From NCBI GenBank assembly GCA_902384455.1, contig CABMCB010000071.1, positions 32,001 to 96,000 on the forward strand: a stretch of 64,000 bases of DNA. The letters are read 5' to 3'. Source of the DNA: an uncultured archaeon (GTDB lineage: Archaea > Altiarchaeota > Altiarchaeia > IMC4 > SCGC-AAA252-I15). The notes under the pieces were generated by a model. That model saw only the letters and a list, made by a program, of their open reading frames with translations, was not told the DNA's origin and ran no database searches. Of this stretch, positions 47,564 through 57,744 are shown piece after piece (within the stretch, counting starts at the first letter, position 1; every line of letters begins with the position of its first letter). Made by a program: the position numbers and the translations under genes.

Positions 47564-50401
47564 ATGACGGAATACGAGCATTCTGCGGTTGAATCTAAGT
47601 GGGGGCGGCGGTGGAAGGAGGCTCGGGTTTTCGAGAGCAACCCAGATGGCCGCGGCAAGTTTTTTCTGACTGTTCCTTATCCGTACGCTTCCGGTGCATT
47701 GCACGTGGGCCACGCCAGAAGTTACACTCTCGGCGACGTGACAGCGAGGTTCCAGAGGATGCTTGGCAAGAACGTCCTATTCCCGATGGCCAGCCACATC
47801 ACGGGCACGCCTATTCTTGCAATCTCGACTAAGATTCAGCAGAAGAATCCTAAGGCGCTCGCAAGCAACAAAGAGTACGTCGGGTTCTACGTGAAAGACG
47901 AGAAGAAAGTCGAAGAGATAGTGAACTCTTTCACAGAGCCGCAGAACGTCGCCAACTTCTACGCCAACGCCATAATACAGGACTTTGAGAGCATGGGATA
48001 CTCAATAGACTGGAGGCGCTTCTTCACGACAGGCGACAAGGAATACAATGCTTTCATACGCTGGCAATACCACCACCTCAAGGAGCGCGGCTACCTTGTG
48101 AAAGGCAAGCACCCCGTATTCTACTGCCCCCGCGAAGACAACCCCGTAACCACAGACGACATAGAAAGTGGAGATGAATACACCGTGGAGATGGCGCAGT
48201 TCAACCTGCTCAAAGAACCATTCCAAGACGGCTATCTCGTCGCGGCGACTCTGCGCCCCGAAACAATATTCGGCGTCGTCAACGTCTGGGTGAACCCTGA
48301 CAAAGAATACGTAAAGGCGAAAGTGGACGGGGAATTCTGGTACGTTGCGCCCCAGTTCGTCGAAAAATACAAGAGCCAACAGCACGAAGTCGAAATCATA
48401 GAACGCCTCAAAGGAAAAGACCTCATCGAAAAGAAAGTCCGCATCCCGCTCGCAGAACGCGACGTACCCATACTGCCTGCGCCGTTCGTGGACGTAAACA
48501 TCGCGACAGGAGTAGTCAACAGCGTCCCAGCGCACGCCCCATACGACTACGTCGCAGGCGAAGAAATCAAGGCCAAATACCCACAATACGACCTTAAACC
48601 AATCACATTAATCCGCACATCCGGCTACCAAGAAAACCCCGCGAAAGACCTCATAGAAAAAGAAGGAATCAAAAGCCAAGCGGACGTCGAAAAGTTGGAG
48701 AAAGTGACGGCAGACCTGTACCGCGACGAATTCTACCGCGGCATCACCAACAAAAACTGCGGCGAATTCGCCAACATGAAAGTGCAGGAAGCCAAAGAAG
48801 CAGTCACAGACGAACTTAAGGCGAAAAAACTCCTCGCCACAATGTACGAAAACGGCATCAAAGACAAACAAGGCAAACCCGTAATAGAACCCCACTGCCG
48901 GTGCGGAAGCCCAATAATAATCAAAGTACTACCAGACCAATGGTTCCTCGACTACGGAAACCGCGGATGGAAAGACGACGCCAAAAGCCTCCTCGAAAAC
49001 ATGCGGATAGAACCCGACAGCTACCGCAGAGGATTCGAACACACAATAAGCTGGCTACACGAATGGCCATGCACCAGAAACCGCGGATTAGGAACAAGAC
49101 TCCCATTCGACGAACGGTGGGTGATAGAAAGCCTGTCCGACAGCACAATATACATGGCGTACTACACATTCGTACACAAAATAAGAAACAAAGTCCCCGC
49201 CGAAAAACTATCCGTAGCACTATTCAACCACATATTCCTGGGACTAGGCGACACAAAGAAAATCTCCCACGAAACAGGCCTAACCGAACACGCAATAAAA
49301 GAACTCCGCGACGAATTCACATACTGGTACCCAATGGACGAACGCCGCACAGCAACAGCCCACATAAGCAACCACCTCACATTCATGATATTCCACCACG
49401 CAGCACTATTCCCAGCAAACCTCTGGCCCAAACAAATCAGCCTAAACGAAATGCTCATCGCAGAAGGCCGCAAAATGAGCAAGAGCCTGGGCAACGTCAT
49501 ACCCATCCGCCACGGCGTCGAACGCCTAGGCGCAGACACAATGCGCATGTACCTAGTGTACGCGGCAGACCCGGCCACAACACTCGACTGGAGGGAATCC
49601 CAGGTAGACAACGCCCGAAAAAGAATAAAACAGTTCTACGACATAGCCACAGAAATAGCGACAAAGCCAAAAGAAGCAGGCGAAGAAAACGAATTGGACC
49701 TGTGGATGCTCAACCGGGTGGATGAGGCCGCGTATTATTCTCGGTCTGCTCTTGAGGAAGGTAACGTCCGCAAAGCAGTTCAAGTAGCGTTCTACGACAT
49801 GCTCTCAAACTACAACTGGTATGTGCGCCGCAGCGGAAACCACCCCGGCACATTAAGGCATTTCGCTGAAACGTGGGTGAAGCTTATGACGCCCTTAACG
49901 CCGTTCCTTTGCGAAGAACTATGGGAGACGCTTGGGAAAACGCCTTTCGTGTCAAACGAAAAATACCCTGAAGGCAAACAAGCCGACCCGGAAGTGGACG
50001 CGGGCGAAAACATGGTGAAACTGCTGCTTGAAGACGTGCAAAAGATTCTTGAAGTCACAAAAGTCGCGCCAAAGAAAATTCACCTCTACGTAGCGCCAGA
50101 CTGGAAACGAAAAGCATACGCCCTAATCAAAGAAGGAAAAACGATGAAAGAGGCGATGGCAGACCCTGAAATACGCCCCCACGGCAAAGACGCCGCGAAA
50201 ATAATGCAGTCACGCAAAGAAGAGCTTCCTCAAACAATCTACTCCAAAGAAAAAGAAACAAGCATACTAAATGGCGCAAAAGAATTCATAGGCAGAGAAT
50301 TCAACGCTGAAGTCACAGTCCACACGGACGCCTCCCACGACCCGCAAGGCAAAGCCAAATACGCGTTGCCTATGCGCCCGGGAGTCTATGTGGAAGCGTA
50401 A
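47564..50401 (+). CDS. leuS: Leucine--tRNA ligase (archaeal type)
   Basis: PYPYASGALHVGH, ATLRPET, SVPAHAPYDY, KMSKS. Confidence 0.97.
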   Translation: MTEYEHSAVESKWGRRWKEARVFESNPDGRGKFFLTVPYPYASGALHVGHARSYTLGDVTARFQRMLGKNVLFPMASHITGTPILAISTKIQQKNPKALASNKEYVGFYVKDEKKVEEIVNSFTEPQNVANFYANAIIQDFESMGYSIDWRRFFTTGDKEYNAFIRWQYHHLKERGYLVKGKHPVFYCPREDNPVTTDDIESGDEYTVEMAQFNLLKEPFQDGYLVAATLRPETIFGVVNVWVNPDKEYVKAKVDGEFWYVAPQFVEKYKSQQHEVEIIERLKGKDLIEKKVRIPLAERDVPILPAPFVDVNIATGVVNSVPAHAPYDYVAGEEIKAKYPQYDLKPITLIRTSGYQENPAKDLIEKEGIKSQADVEKLEKVTADLYRDEFYRGITNKNCGEFANMKVQEAKEAVTDELKAKKLLATMYENGIKDKQGKPVIEPHCRCGSPIIIKVLPDQWFLDYGNRGWKDDAKSLLENMRIEPDSYRRGFEHTISWLHEWPCTRNRGLGTRLPFDERWVIESLSDSTIYMAYYTFVHKIRNKVPAEKLSVALFNHIFLGLGDTKKISHETGLTEHAIKELRDEFTYWYPMDERRTATAHISNHLTFMIFHHAALFPANLWPKQISLNEMLIAEGRKMSKSLGNVIPIRHGVERLGADTMRMYLVYAADPATTLDWRESQVDNARKRIKQFYDIATEIATKPKEAGEENELDLWMLNRVDEAAYYSRSALEEGNVRKAVQVAFYDMLSNYNWYVRRSGNHPGTLRHFAETWVKLMTPLTPFLCEELWETLGKTPFVSNEKYPEGKQADPEVDAGENMVKLLLEDVQKILEVTKVAPKKIHLYVAPDWKRKAYALIKEGKTMKEAMADPEIRPHGKDAAKIMQSRKEELPQTIYSKEKETSILNGAKEFIGREFNAEVTVHTDASHDPQGKAKYALPMRPGVYVEA

Positions 50402-50407
50402 AAGCTA

Positions 50408-51415
50408 TTAAGGCGTTGAAGCCGCAGCCTCCGCCTCCTCCCTCTTCTTCTTCCGGTGATACAGATACCAGCCTACGAAAGGCCCGGTGAAAACTCCAAA
50501 CGGAAAATTAATTACTCCCCCAGCGACCATGCCTCCAACGACGTACAAAGCCGCCTCGTGTTTAATCGGCTCTCTAGGCGAATATGGTTCGCCTCTGCGA
50601 CGCCGCTCAGACGCCTCCTTATCCGCCTGCTCCTCTACGTGACGCAAATACAATCCGACAGCAGCCCCCGGAATGATGCCCGGCAACCCGAAAACAAGCA
50701 GTCCAACAGCAGCGCTGACTCCACCCCACTTACTCACGTCCTTAACGTTATCCCAAGTGAACTTGCTCGGCGGCTTATAATCCTCCGGAAGACCATGCGC
50801 CTCAAGCCAATCCCTCCTCTCCCTCTCCCTATTAGAAACACGGTAACGAGACCCGACCCCACCCTGCTTTTCAACAGCCTTCTCAACGTAATGACCGATG
50901 ACATAACCAGTAGCCGCGCCCAAAGACACGCCGACCACACCCATAGGCAAAGCAAGCAATGCCGCTCCAGCAACCGACATGCCAGCAGGAGTACGCAAAA
51001 ACTGCGCAAAATCCTCCACCCTACTTCGGAACTTTCCAACATCCCTCTCCCGCCGCTCATCCAATCTCCTAGCCGCCCGTTCAACCTCCTCCATGGTTAC
51101 GCTGCGGCGTCCCGGAATATGAGCGTCCTCCAAATCCACAATCGGCTTGACTCTATCCAGGTAAGTGTCGCGGTATACGTTATAAATCCTCTGCTCCTGC
51201 TCTGTCGTCAATCCTGCGCCAAATTGCGTGCGAAACCTGCGGAAACCCCCATGCTCATTAAATTCCCTACGCCGCGGACCACCCCGTATGGCGTCATCCA
51301 CTGACGCATCAAGGCTTTTCTGCAGTTCAGGATCCCTAAAATAAAACCGTCCGCCCCTCTCCTCAACATCAGCAGCATCAGGAGGGGCAAAAGTCCGTCG
51401 CCTGGAAACAGCCAT
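50408..51415 (-). CDS. Hypothetical membrane protein with Gly-zipper-like hairpins
   Basis: Three paired G-rich hydrophobic segments separated by charged linkers. Confidence 0.65.
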   Translation of the reverse strand: MAVSRRRTFAPPDAADVEERGGRFYFRDPELQKSLDASVDDAIRGGPRRREFNEHGGFRRFRTQFGAGLTTEQEQRIYNVYRDTYLDRVKPIVDLEDAHIPGRRSVTMEEVERAARRLDERRERDVGKFRSRVEDFAQFLRTPAGMSVAGAALLALPMGVVGVSLGAATGYVIGHYVEKAVEKQGGVGSRYRVSNRERERRDWLEAHGLPEDYKPPSKFTWDNVKDVSKWGGVSAAVGLLVFGLPGIIPGAAVGLYLRHVEEQADKEASERRRRGEPYSPREPIKHEAALYVVGGMVAGGVINFPFGVFTGPFVGWYLYHRKKKREEAEAAASTP

Positions 51416-51518
51416 AACAGTTACTTACGTACATTACCAGTACTTAAGCGGCATCAAAGCGCAACATGCACTCCTGCCTTCCACTCTCATAACCGCAAAG
51501 GCAACAGACCTAACTCAC

Positions 51519-52292
51519 CTACTTCTTTCCAGCAGCCTTAGAGGCGCATTTGTCAGCGAAATCCCTCACCACAGACAAACTGCTTAACCCACCAACCAAA
51601 GAAGACGCATCAGCAGGACAGAACAACTGAGGCACAACATCCTTATTCAAATAACTCCCCAAGCACTCATCCAAAACCTGCGTATCCACAGCAACACCAG
51701 CATCAAAAGTCCTAACCCTATAAGGAACCCCAGACTCAGACGTAAGATTAGCCAACTCACCCACAAACTTAGCCGCCTCAACGCACGGACCGCAAGTAGG
51801 ATTAGAATAAAGCAAAACAGTATCCGCAGAAACACCCTTACCACTCAAGCAATCCCTAATCTTGCCGCTATCCGAAGCAAGACGATCACACGCCTTCTGA
51901 GAACGAGCATCCCTACACAAAGTAGCAGTAATAGCCGAAAGAGAACGCGCATCACCCAAAGTCACAACGCCATCCCCCGCAACCAAAACCTTAGGCTCCT
52001 TAACCGCAGGACTAACAAAAAAAGGAAGAGAAACACCAACATCCTGACCAATAGCAGACAAAACCGCCTGAGACCTAAAATAACCATTACACAAAACACA
52101 CGAAGGCATATCCTGACCACCACAAGACGAACAATCAGAAGGATAAAGATAATAAACCGCCGCACCACCCGCAACAGGCAAAACAACCTGACCCCCAACA
52201 CCAGACGAAACATAAAGGAAACGGCCTAAGGCAACACCCACAATCAAGCCGGCAACAACGCCGGCCACAATACCCCACTTGGTCTCAGCCAT
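51519..52292 (-). CDS. Membrane-anchored thioredoxin/glutaredoxin-like protein
   Basis: N-terminal TM; CSSC, CVLC, YSNPTCGPC...VPQ. Confidence 0.65.
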   Translation of the reverse strand: MAETKWGIVAGVVAGLIVGVALGRFLYVSSGVGGQVVLPVAGGAAVYYLYPSDCSSCGGQDMPSCVLCNGYFRSQAVLSAIGQDVGVSLPFFVSPAVKEPKVLVAGDGVVTLGDARSLSAITATLCRDARSQKACDRLASDSGKIRDCLSGKGVSADTVLLYSNPTCGPCVEAAKFVGELANLTSESGVPYRVRTFDAGVAVDTQVLDECLGSYLNKDVVPQLFCPADASSLVGGLSSLSVVRDFADKCASKAAGKK

Positions 52293-52404
52293 AAACTAGA
52301 TTTATTTACCGCAAACCCTAAAAACAATACCCGTAATCCATAAGCCGAGGTAGGCGCTAACCACAAGGGTTAGCTAACCGCGGCTTACGTCAAGACATCC
52401 AAAA

Positions 52405-52490
52405 GCCGAGGTGGCGGAGTTCGGACTAACGCGCGAGCCTGGAAAGCTCGTCTCCGAAAGGAGGCTTGGGTTCAAATCCCAACCTCGGCG
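52405..52490 (+). tRNA. trnS: tRNA-Ser(GGA)
   Basis: GCCGAGG/CCTCGGC; CGAGC-CT-GGA-AA-GCTCG; long variable arm; GGTTCAAATCC. Confidence 0.95.
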
Positions 52491-52491
52491 T

Positions 52492-52542
52492 GAGCCCTTT
52501 CTTTCTTAAGAAGAAAGAAAGTGCTTCACCCCAAAGAAAGAA
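52492..52542 (+). repeat. tRNA-associated hairpin repeat, copy B
   Basis: GAGCCCTTTCTTTCTTAAGAAGAAAGAAAG...CAAAGAAAGAA. Confidence 0.8.
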
Positions 52543-52576
52543 TTCGGCAACCTACGGTTGCCTCAAACTATGCGCT

Positions 52577-52661
52577 GCCGAGGTGGCGGAATCCGGCTAT
52601 CGCGCACGCCTCGAAAGCGTGTTCCCACAAGGGAGTTTGGGTTCAAATCCCAACCTCGGCG
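52577..52661 (+). tRNA. trnS: tRNA-Ser(CGA)
   Basis: GCCGAGG/CCTCGGC; CACGC-CT-CGA-AA-GCGTG; long variable arm. Confidence 0.95.
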
Positions 52662-52779
52662 TTTCGAACGAAGTGAGAAATGCGAGGTTAGCAAGTCGAA
52701 AGAATTGCGCAAACCTCGGCGTTTCCAGAAAACTCATCCACAAACAAAAAAGTTGTGAGTATAAAGGCGAGGAACGTCT

Positions 52780-53940
52780 TCAGATTGCTTTGACGATTGC
52801 GTCTTCGACTTTCTCCCCGATGACCTTGTTTGCTCTGTCTTCAGCCGCGAACTTCACCTTATCCAAAAGTCCCGGATAAGCCCTCGTATACTGCTCCTGG
52901 CAAAACCCTTTAGTCTCCTCATTTTTTATCCCGTCGCACATCGAGATGTTTTTGGCGGCTACCGCTACTTTGGACACGCAGCCGTCCGTGTCGTAAGGCA
53001 TAGACCTGCATTTCTGCGGGTCCTTCCACGCCACTGCGACATCTTCGATGCAGGAAACAGTGTTTGAGATGTCTTTAGTGCAATACAGCTCGTTCCCTCC
53101 GTTCATGGCGACTCCTGCGTAACATTTCTGCTGGTAGCCGTGGAGCTGGTCTGCCGAAAGTTTTGCGCAAATCTCAGGGTTAATTGAATTTATTCCGACT
53201 TCAGTCAAGCATTCATCCGTTCTGTCGCCGGTCATATTACATGCGGAAGCGTCCTTACCGTTGGCCGCTATGCAGAAGGTTCGGCTTTTTTCGTCGGTTA
53301 TTTTTTTGCATACGTCCGGGTCTTTTTTGCTTACGCCGACTTCCGTGTTGCAGTCGTCTCTAATCGAGATGTTGTTAACCTTGTCGCATTGGGTTGAGTC
53401 TCTGAGTGTCTTGCCTAATTCGACTTGGCAGTTCGTTTTCGTCTCCTCGTCGTTTACTATCTTATCGCATGCTTCCGTGCTGTTGCTGTATTTAGCAAAT
53501 CTTTCAAGGCAAAAATTCTTGGAGCCTGAATCGCTCAATTTCTCGCAAGTACTGACGTCATTTCCCGTTTGGGCGATTCCGAGGTAGCACCTAGATTTTT
53601 CAGTTTCATCCGATATCATGTCGCAGTATGTGGTGTCGCCACCTCTTTGAGCGAACTTATAGAAGCATGATTCCCGCGCCTTGTCTCCCTTGATGAGGGC
53701 GCACTTCTGCGGGTCGGTCACGGCCAGAGCAACGGCGTTGTAGCAATCCTGTTTCGCCTTATCTGTCGTCTGCTGCTCGCATATAGTCGGATCGCCCTTC
53801 TGCTTCGCATCATCGGTTATGGGGTCAGAATCGCCGAAAAGGCAGCCGGAAGAAAACACAAGCAAAACTACTGCGGTCAGCAAAACGAGCAAAAACACAG
53901 TTCCATACTCCCCACGAGATTTAATGGAGCACTTACTCAT
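52780..53940 (-). CDS. Cys-pair repeat lipoprotein
   Basis: FSSGC lipobox; about 12 repeats of D...C..I......C...[VL]A. Confidence 0.8.
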   Translation of the reverse strand: MSKCSIKSRGEYGTVFLLVLLTAVVLLVFSSGCLFGDSDPITDDAKQKGDPTICEQQTTDKAKQDCYNAVALAVTDPQKCALIKGDKARESCFYKFAQRGGDTTYCDMISDETEKSRCYLGIAQTGNDVSTCEKLSDSGSKNFCLERFAKYSNSTEACDKIVNDEETKTNCQVELGKTLRDSTQCDKVNNISIRDDCNTEVGVSKKDPDVCKKITDEKSRTFCIAANGKDASACNMTGDRTDECLTEVGINSINPEICAKLSADQLHGYQQKCYAGVAMNGGNELYCTKDISNTVSCIEDVAVAWKDPQKCRSMPYDTDGCVSKVAVAAKNISMCDGIKNEETKGFCQEQYTRAYPGLLDKVKFAAEDRANKVIGEKVEDAIVKAI

Positions 53941-53999
53941 GCTTACCTTCCCCCGATATACTATTAGATAGAAATACGGTCTATGTTTAATAACGGCGT

Positions 54000-54206
54000 C
54001 TATCTCAGCCTTTCGTTCAGCAAGACGACTATCGCCTCTACCTGAAGCGGCTCAAGGTAAGGGCATTTATCTACGCCCTTAATGTCAGTGAACTCGTCAG
54101 AAAGAAACAACGCGAAGTCTTTACAAAGTTTAACCCCGCACTCCCCGCAGTCTCTGAGAGGCAGGTTCTTGTAAATCTTCATCGCCAAGACCGGGTCTGT
54201 CGCCAT
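54000..54206 (-). CDS. Small putative [4Fe-4S]-binding protein (CdhE/RnfB N-terminal-like domain)
   Basis: IYKNLPLRDCGECGVKLCKDFA...KCPYL (CxxCx4C...CP). Confidence 0.8.
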   Translation of the reverse strand: MATDPVLAMKIYKNLPLRDCGECGVKLCKDFALFLSDEFTDIKGVDKCPYLEPLQVEAIVVLLNERLR

Positions 54207-54360
54207 TTTAGGTGTTGGTGTTCTGCGCCGGGTTGGGTTACAGTCACCCCATCCGGAGTTCATCACTCCCCCGGGAACCTTTTGGGTTCGGTCTTGCAAG
54301 AGCCTATATCCAGCGCAGTGTCGCCCCCCATTTGCGTTCCACATCATTAAATCAGCGGAC
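54207..54360 (-). ncRNA. Candidate structured leader RNA
   Basis: 9-bp stem CUGCGCUGG/CCGGCGCAG enclosing four hairpins, just 5' of the Fe-S gene start. Confidence 0.4.
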
Positions 54361-54489
54361 TCTTCGCAGGCGGGCTTACTTAAGATACGGCAAGAAGCTA
54401 ATTAAACAAACGACCGACCCCGGATTCTTCGTCCAACAACGTTAAAGGCCGTTCCCCTCTTTTAAGCCCGTTTTGGTAATCCTTGACGT

Positions 54490-55137
54490 ATGGGCCGTCG
54501 GACGGTAATTGTATGCGCGGGAGATGGTGTTGACCCGGGTTTTCTCCGGAGCTTCCTGCAAAAAGGCGACGTAGTCTATGCTGTAGATGGAGGGGCAGAC
54601 TACGCGCTCAAAGCGGGCATAATGCCCTGCTGCGTAATCGGGGATTTGGATTCGGTAAGCCCTGGTGCTCTTAGGGAATTCAAGTCTAAGGGAGTGCGCG
54701 TTCTGAAGAAGCCCGACCAGGAGAAAACCGACGCGGAATGCGCCGTGGAAAAAGCCCTCTCAGACGGTGCAGACGAAATCGTCCTCGTATGCGCTTTAGG
54801 CGGAAGAATAGACCATGAACTCGCCAACATACTTCTTGCGGCGTCGCTGACTGTGCCTGCGCGCATAATCGACGAGAAGACCGAGATCCAGGCGATCCAT
54901 TCAAAGGCAACCTTAGAGGGCGAAATCGGCGACACAGTCACAATACTCCCCCTAACGCAAGCAGCCGAAGGAATAACCCTCAAAGGATTCAAATACGAAA
55001 TGGAAAACGGCACTTTACCGTTCGGCTCGACCAAAGGCGTGTCCAACGTCCTAAATAAGAAGAAGGCAGTAATTTCAGTCACAGACGGCGTCATACTTGT
55101 CATCAAAACGAAAGGCGGAAAAAATGAAACAAAATAA
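54490..55137 (+). CDS. thiN: Thiamine pyrophosphokinase
   Basis: AVDGGA, IGDLDS, KTD, ALGGRIDHELAN, GVSN. Confidence 0.95.
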   Translation: MGRRTVIVCAGDGVDPGFLRSFLQKGDVVYAVDGGADYALKAGIMPCCVIGDLDSVSPGALREFKSKGVRVLKKPDQEKTDAECAVEKALSDGADEIVLVCALGGRIDHELANILLAASLTVPARIIDEKTEIQAIHSKATLEGEIGDTVTILPLTQAAEGITLKGFKYEMENGTLPFGSTKGVSNVLNKKKAVISVTDGVILVIKTKGGKNETK

Positions 55138-56173
55138 ACCCGAGTACTTGGTTGCTGCAATGGCTTTCACAGTTTTTGTCGCATTATGCCTAAACGGCGG
55201 CGAAACAAACAATACTCCCCCAAATTTGACTGCAAAGCCTACGCTAACAGTCTACACATACGACAGCTTCAACGCAGAATGGGGACCTGGCCCAAAAGTA
55301 TTCCCAATATTCGAATCCCAATGCAACTGTAAAGTCAACGTCATAACAGCAGGAGACACAGGCCAAGTACTGAACCGATTAATCTTGGAGAAGGACAATC
55401 CCAAGGCCGACGTCGTAGTGGGTATTGATAATAGTTTCCTTTCTAAGGCGCTTTCTGCCGGAATACTTGTTCCGTATTCTTCCAGAAACATCGAGAAAGT
55501 GCCTCAGCGCTTGCGCTTCGACTCAACAGGCAGCCTGACTCCTTATGATTACGGCTACGTCACATTCGTCTACGACAGCAGCAAAATAAGTCCGCCTAAT
55601 TCACTGCTGGACCTGCTTGATCCGAAGTACTCTAAAAAGTTTATTCTAGAGGACCCTAGGACTTCGAGTCCCGGCCTTATCTTTTTCATGCAGACTGTTC
55701 AGGCGTTGGGCGAAGACAAAGCATGGGTTTACTGGCGGAACCTGAGCAAGCAGGCGCTGGCGATCGCTCCAAGCTGGGACGAAGCTCAGACGCTTTTTTC
55801 CTCCGGCGAAGCCCCGATGTACTTAAGTTACGCCACAAGCCCAAGCTACTACGTTGAATACGAAAACAAGACCAATTTCCTCGCAGTAGATTTCTCAGAG
55901 GGGCTGTTGGAGCAGGTTGAAGGCTCCGGAATAGTTAAAGGGACTAGGAATGTAGAACTTGCTCAATCCTTCATAGACTTCACGTTGACTCCTGAATTCC
56001 AGAATGAACTCCCTCAGACGCAATGGATGTTTCCCGTGCTGCCTGACGCAAAAATACCTGAAAGCTTCAGTTACGCGGTCAAACCCAATAAAACGCTGAC
56101 GTTAAACACTAATCTAACCAGCGAAGACACCCAACGATGGCTTGCCCAATGGGAAGACGCAGTCAAAGCCTGA
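55124..56173 (+). CDS. thiB: Thiamine ABC transporter substrate-binding protein
   Basis: LTVYTYDSF..EWGPGP, DPRTSSPG, SYATSP.Y, QVE, QWMFPV. Confidence 0.93.
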   Translation: MKQNKPEYLVAAMAFTVFVALCLNGGETNNTPPNLTAKPTLTVYTYDSFNAEWGPGPKVFPIFESQCNCKVNVITAGDTGQVLNRLILEKDNPKADVVVGIDNSFLSKALSAGILVPYSSRNIEKVPQRLRFDSTGSLTPYDYGYVTFVYDSSKISPPNSLLDLLDPKYSKKFILEDPRTSSPGLIFFMQTVQALGEDKAWVYWRNLSKQALAIAPSWDEAQTLFSSGEAPMYLSYATSPSYYVEYENKTNFLAVDFSEGLLEQVEGSGIVKGTRNVELAQSFIDFTLTPEFQNELPQTQWMFPVLPDAKIPESFSYAVKPNKTLTLNTNLTSEDTQRWLAQWEDAVKA

Positions 56174-57744
56174 TAAACGCATCGCCCGCAATACTACTTC
56201 TGACTGCGGGACTGCTCATACCGCTTCTTGCAGTCCTACGCCTAACTTCCACGCTAACAGCGCAAAAAGCCGTTGAAATAATAGCGGGAAACTCCGACGC
56301 AATATTCTACACAATAATACAGGCAACAGCATCCACAATAGGGGCATTAGCGTTAGGGATACCTGCCGCATACCTGCTTGCCCGCCGCAGACTCCCGTTC
56401 CACAACGTAATCCGGGCGGCGACGCTCACGCCATTCGTAGTCCCAAGCATACTGGTCTCGCTCTCATTCGCGCTCTTCTTCGGAAACAACGGACTACTAA
56501 ACCGTGCACTAATGAGCGCGTTAAACCTCACGTCCCCCCCTCTGCCGATACTGTACGGATTCTGGACCATAATACTCGCCCACACAGTCTACAACTTCCC
56601 GGCAGTCGCGCGATTCGTCTCAGACAGCTGGGAACGCGCAGACGCCTCAACGCAAGAAGCAGCGGAAACACTCGGAGCCAGCAAATGGACTATATTCAGA
56701 AAAATAACATTCCCCCACATCAAAGGAAGTCTACTATCAATAAGCGTCCTAGTCTTCACATACTGCGCACTAAGCTTCGCCATACCCCTAACACTCGGAG
56801 GCATAAAATACGGGACAATCGAAGTAGCCATATACCAGACAGTAACACGCGACCTAAACCCCGCAGCAGGAGCACTACTAAGCCTACTACAGGCAGCATT
56901 CCTAATAGCATTCTCAACGCTAACCCTCTCCACGCAAAGAACACTAACATTCACAGGAAAAACAAACTACCGAGAAAAACTCCCACTCAAAATAAACCGC
57001 AACAACATATGGGTCATACCATACGCACTACTCATAACCCTAATAACACTCGGCCCCGCAGCATCAGTAATAGCATACTCACTCACAGCCAACAACGGCC
57101 AACCAACGCTCACATGGTACCAACAAATAATCGGACTAACACCCCAAAGCGCAATAGGCGCCGGCGGCCTCATAGCAATAAGAAACACACTGCTCATAGG
57201 AATATCCGCGGCAACATTGGCTGTAATAGCCGGATTCAGTTTGGCCGTAGCCCGCAAAACACATCCTACTTTGGCTAGAACCATAACTTATGCGCCGGTC
57301 GCATTCTCCACAGTCACGTTAGGCTTGGGTTTCCTGCTCACATACCCCACAGGACGCTGGTGGACCATCGCATTCGCCCACGCCGTAATAGCCCTACCAT
57401 TCACAGCCCGCATACTCACCCACGCGCTCGAAAACCTGCCGCCAGCATACGCTGAAGCAGCCGAAACGCTGGGGGCAAACCGCAAGCTATTGGCGCGAAA
57501 AATAACGCTACCTCTTCTTACCCCCTCCGTAATAACAGCCGGAAGCTTCGCCTTCGCAGTATCCGCAGGAGAACTCGCCGCAGTATCACTACTGTCCGAC
57601 GGCGCATGGCCGACTATGCCAGTCTACATATACAGGTTTCTCGCCAGCCGCCAACCCCACGGCGCAGCAGCAATGGGCGTAACACTCGCCCTTATTACCC
57701 TCGCGGCATTAATCGTCATAGAGAAAGCAGACAACAAAAAATGA
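56137..57744 (+). CDS. thiP: Thiamine ABC transporter permease
   Basis: Two EAA loops (EAAETLGAS, EAAETLGAN); TIIQA..ST, PFVVP, AH; start uncertain. Confidence 0.88.
   Translation: MACPMGRRSQSLINASPAILLLTAGLLIPLLAVLRLTSTLTAQKAVEIIAGNSDAIFYTIIQATASTIGALALGIPAAYLLARRRLPFHNVIRAATLTPFVVPSILVSLSFALFFGNNGLLNRALMSALNLTSPPLPILYGFWTIILAHTVYNFPAVARFVSDSWERADASTQEAAETLGASKWTIFRKITFPHIKGSLLSISVLVFTYCALSFAIPLTLGGIKYGTIEVAIYQTVTRDLNPAAGALLSLLQAAFLIAFSTLTLSTQRTLTFTGKTNYREKLPLKINRNNIWVIPYALLITLITLGPAASVIAYSLTANNGQPTLTWYQQIIGLTPQSAIGAGGLIAIRNTLLIGISAATLAVIAGFSLAVARKTHPTLARTITYAPVAFSTVTLGLGFLLTYPTGRWWTIAFAHAVIALPFTARILTHALENLPPAYAEAAETLGANRKLLARKITLPLLTPSVITAGSFAFAVSAGELAAVSLLSDGAWPTMPVYIYRFLASRQPHGAAAMGVTLALITLAALIVIEKADNKK

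Noticed and set aside
54207-54445. RNase P RNA, SRP RNA, tRNA-Sec or TPP riboswitch
   Set aside because: There is only a partial P4-like match (UCCGGG/CCCGG) without GAGGAA context. No SRP helix-8 motif, valid T arm or TPP core is present. Kept only as an unassigned structured RNA.
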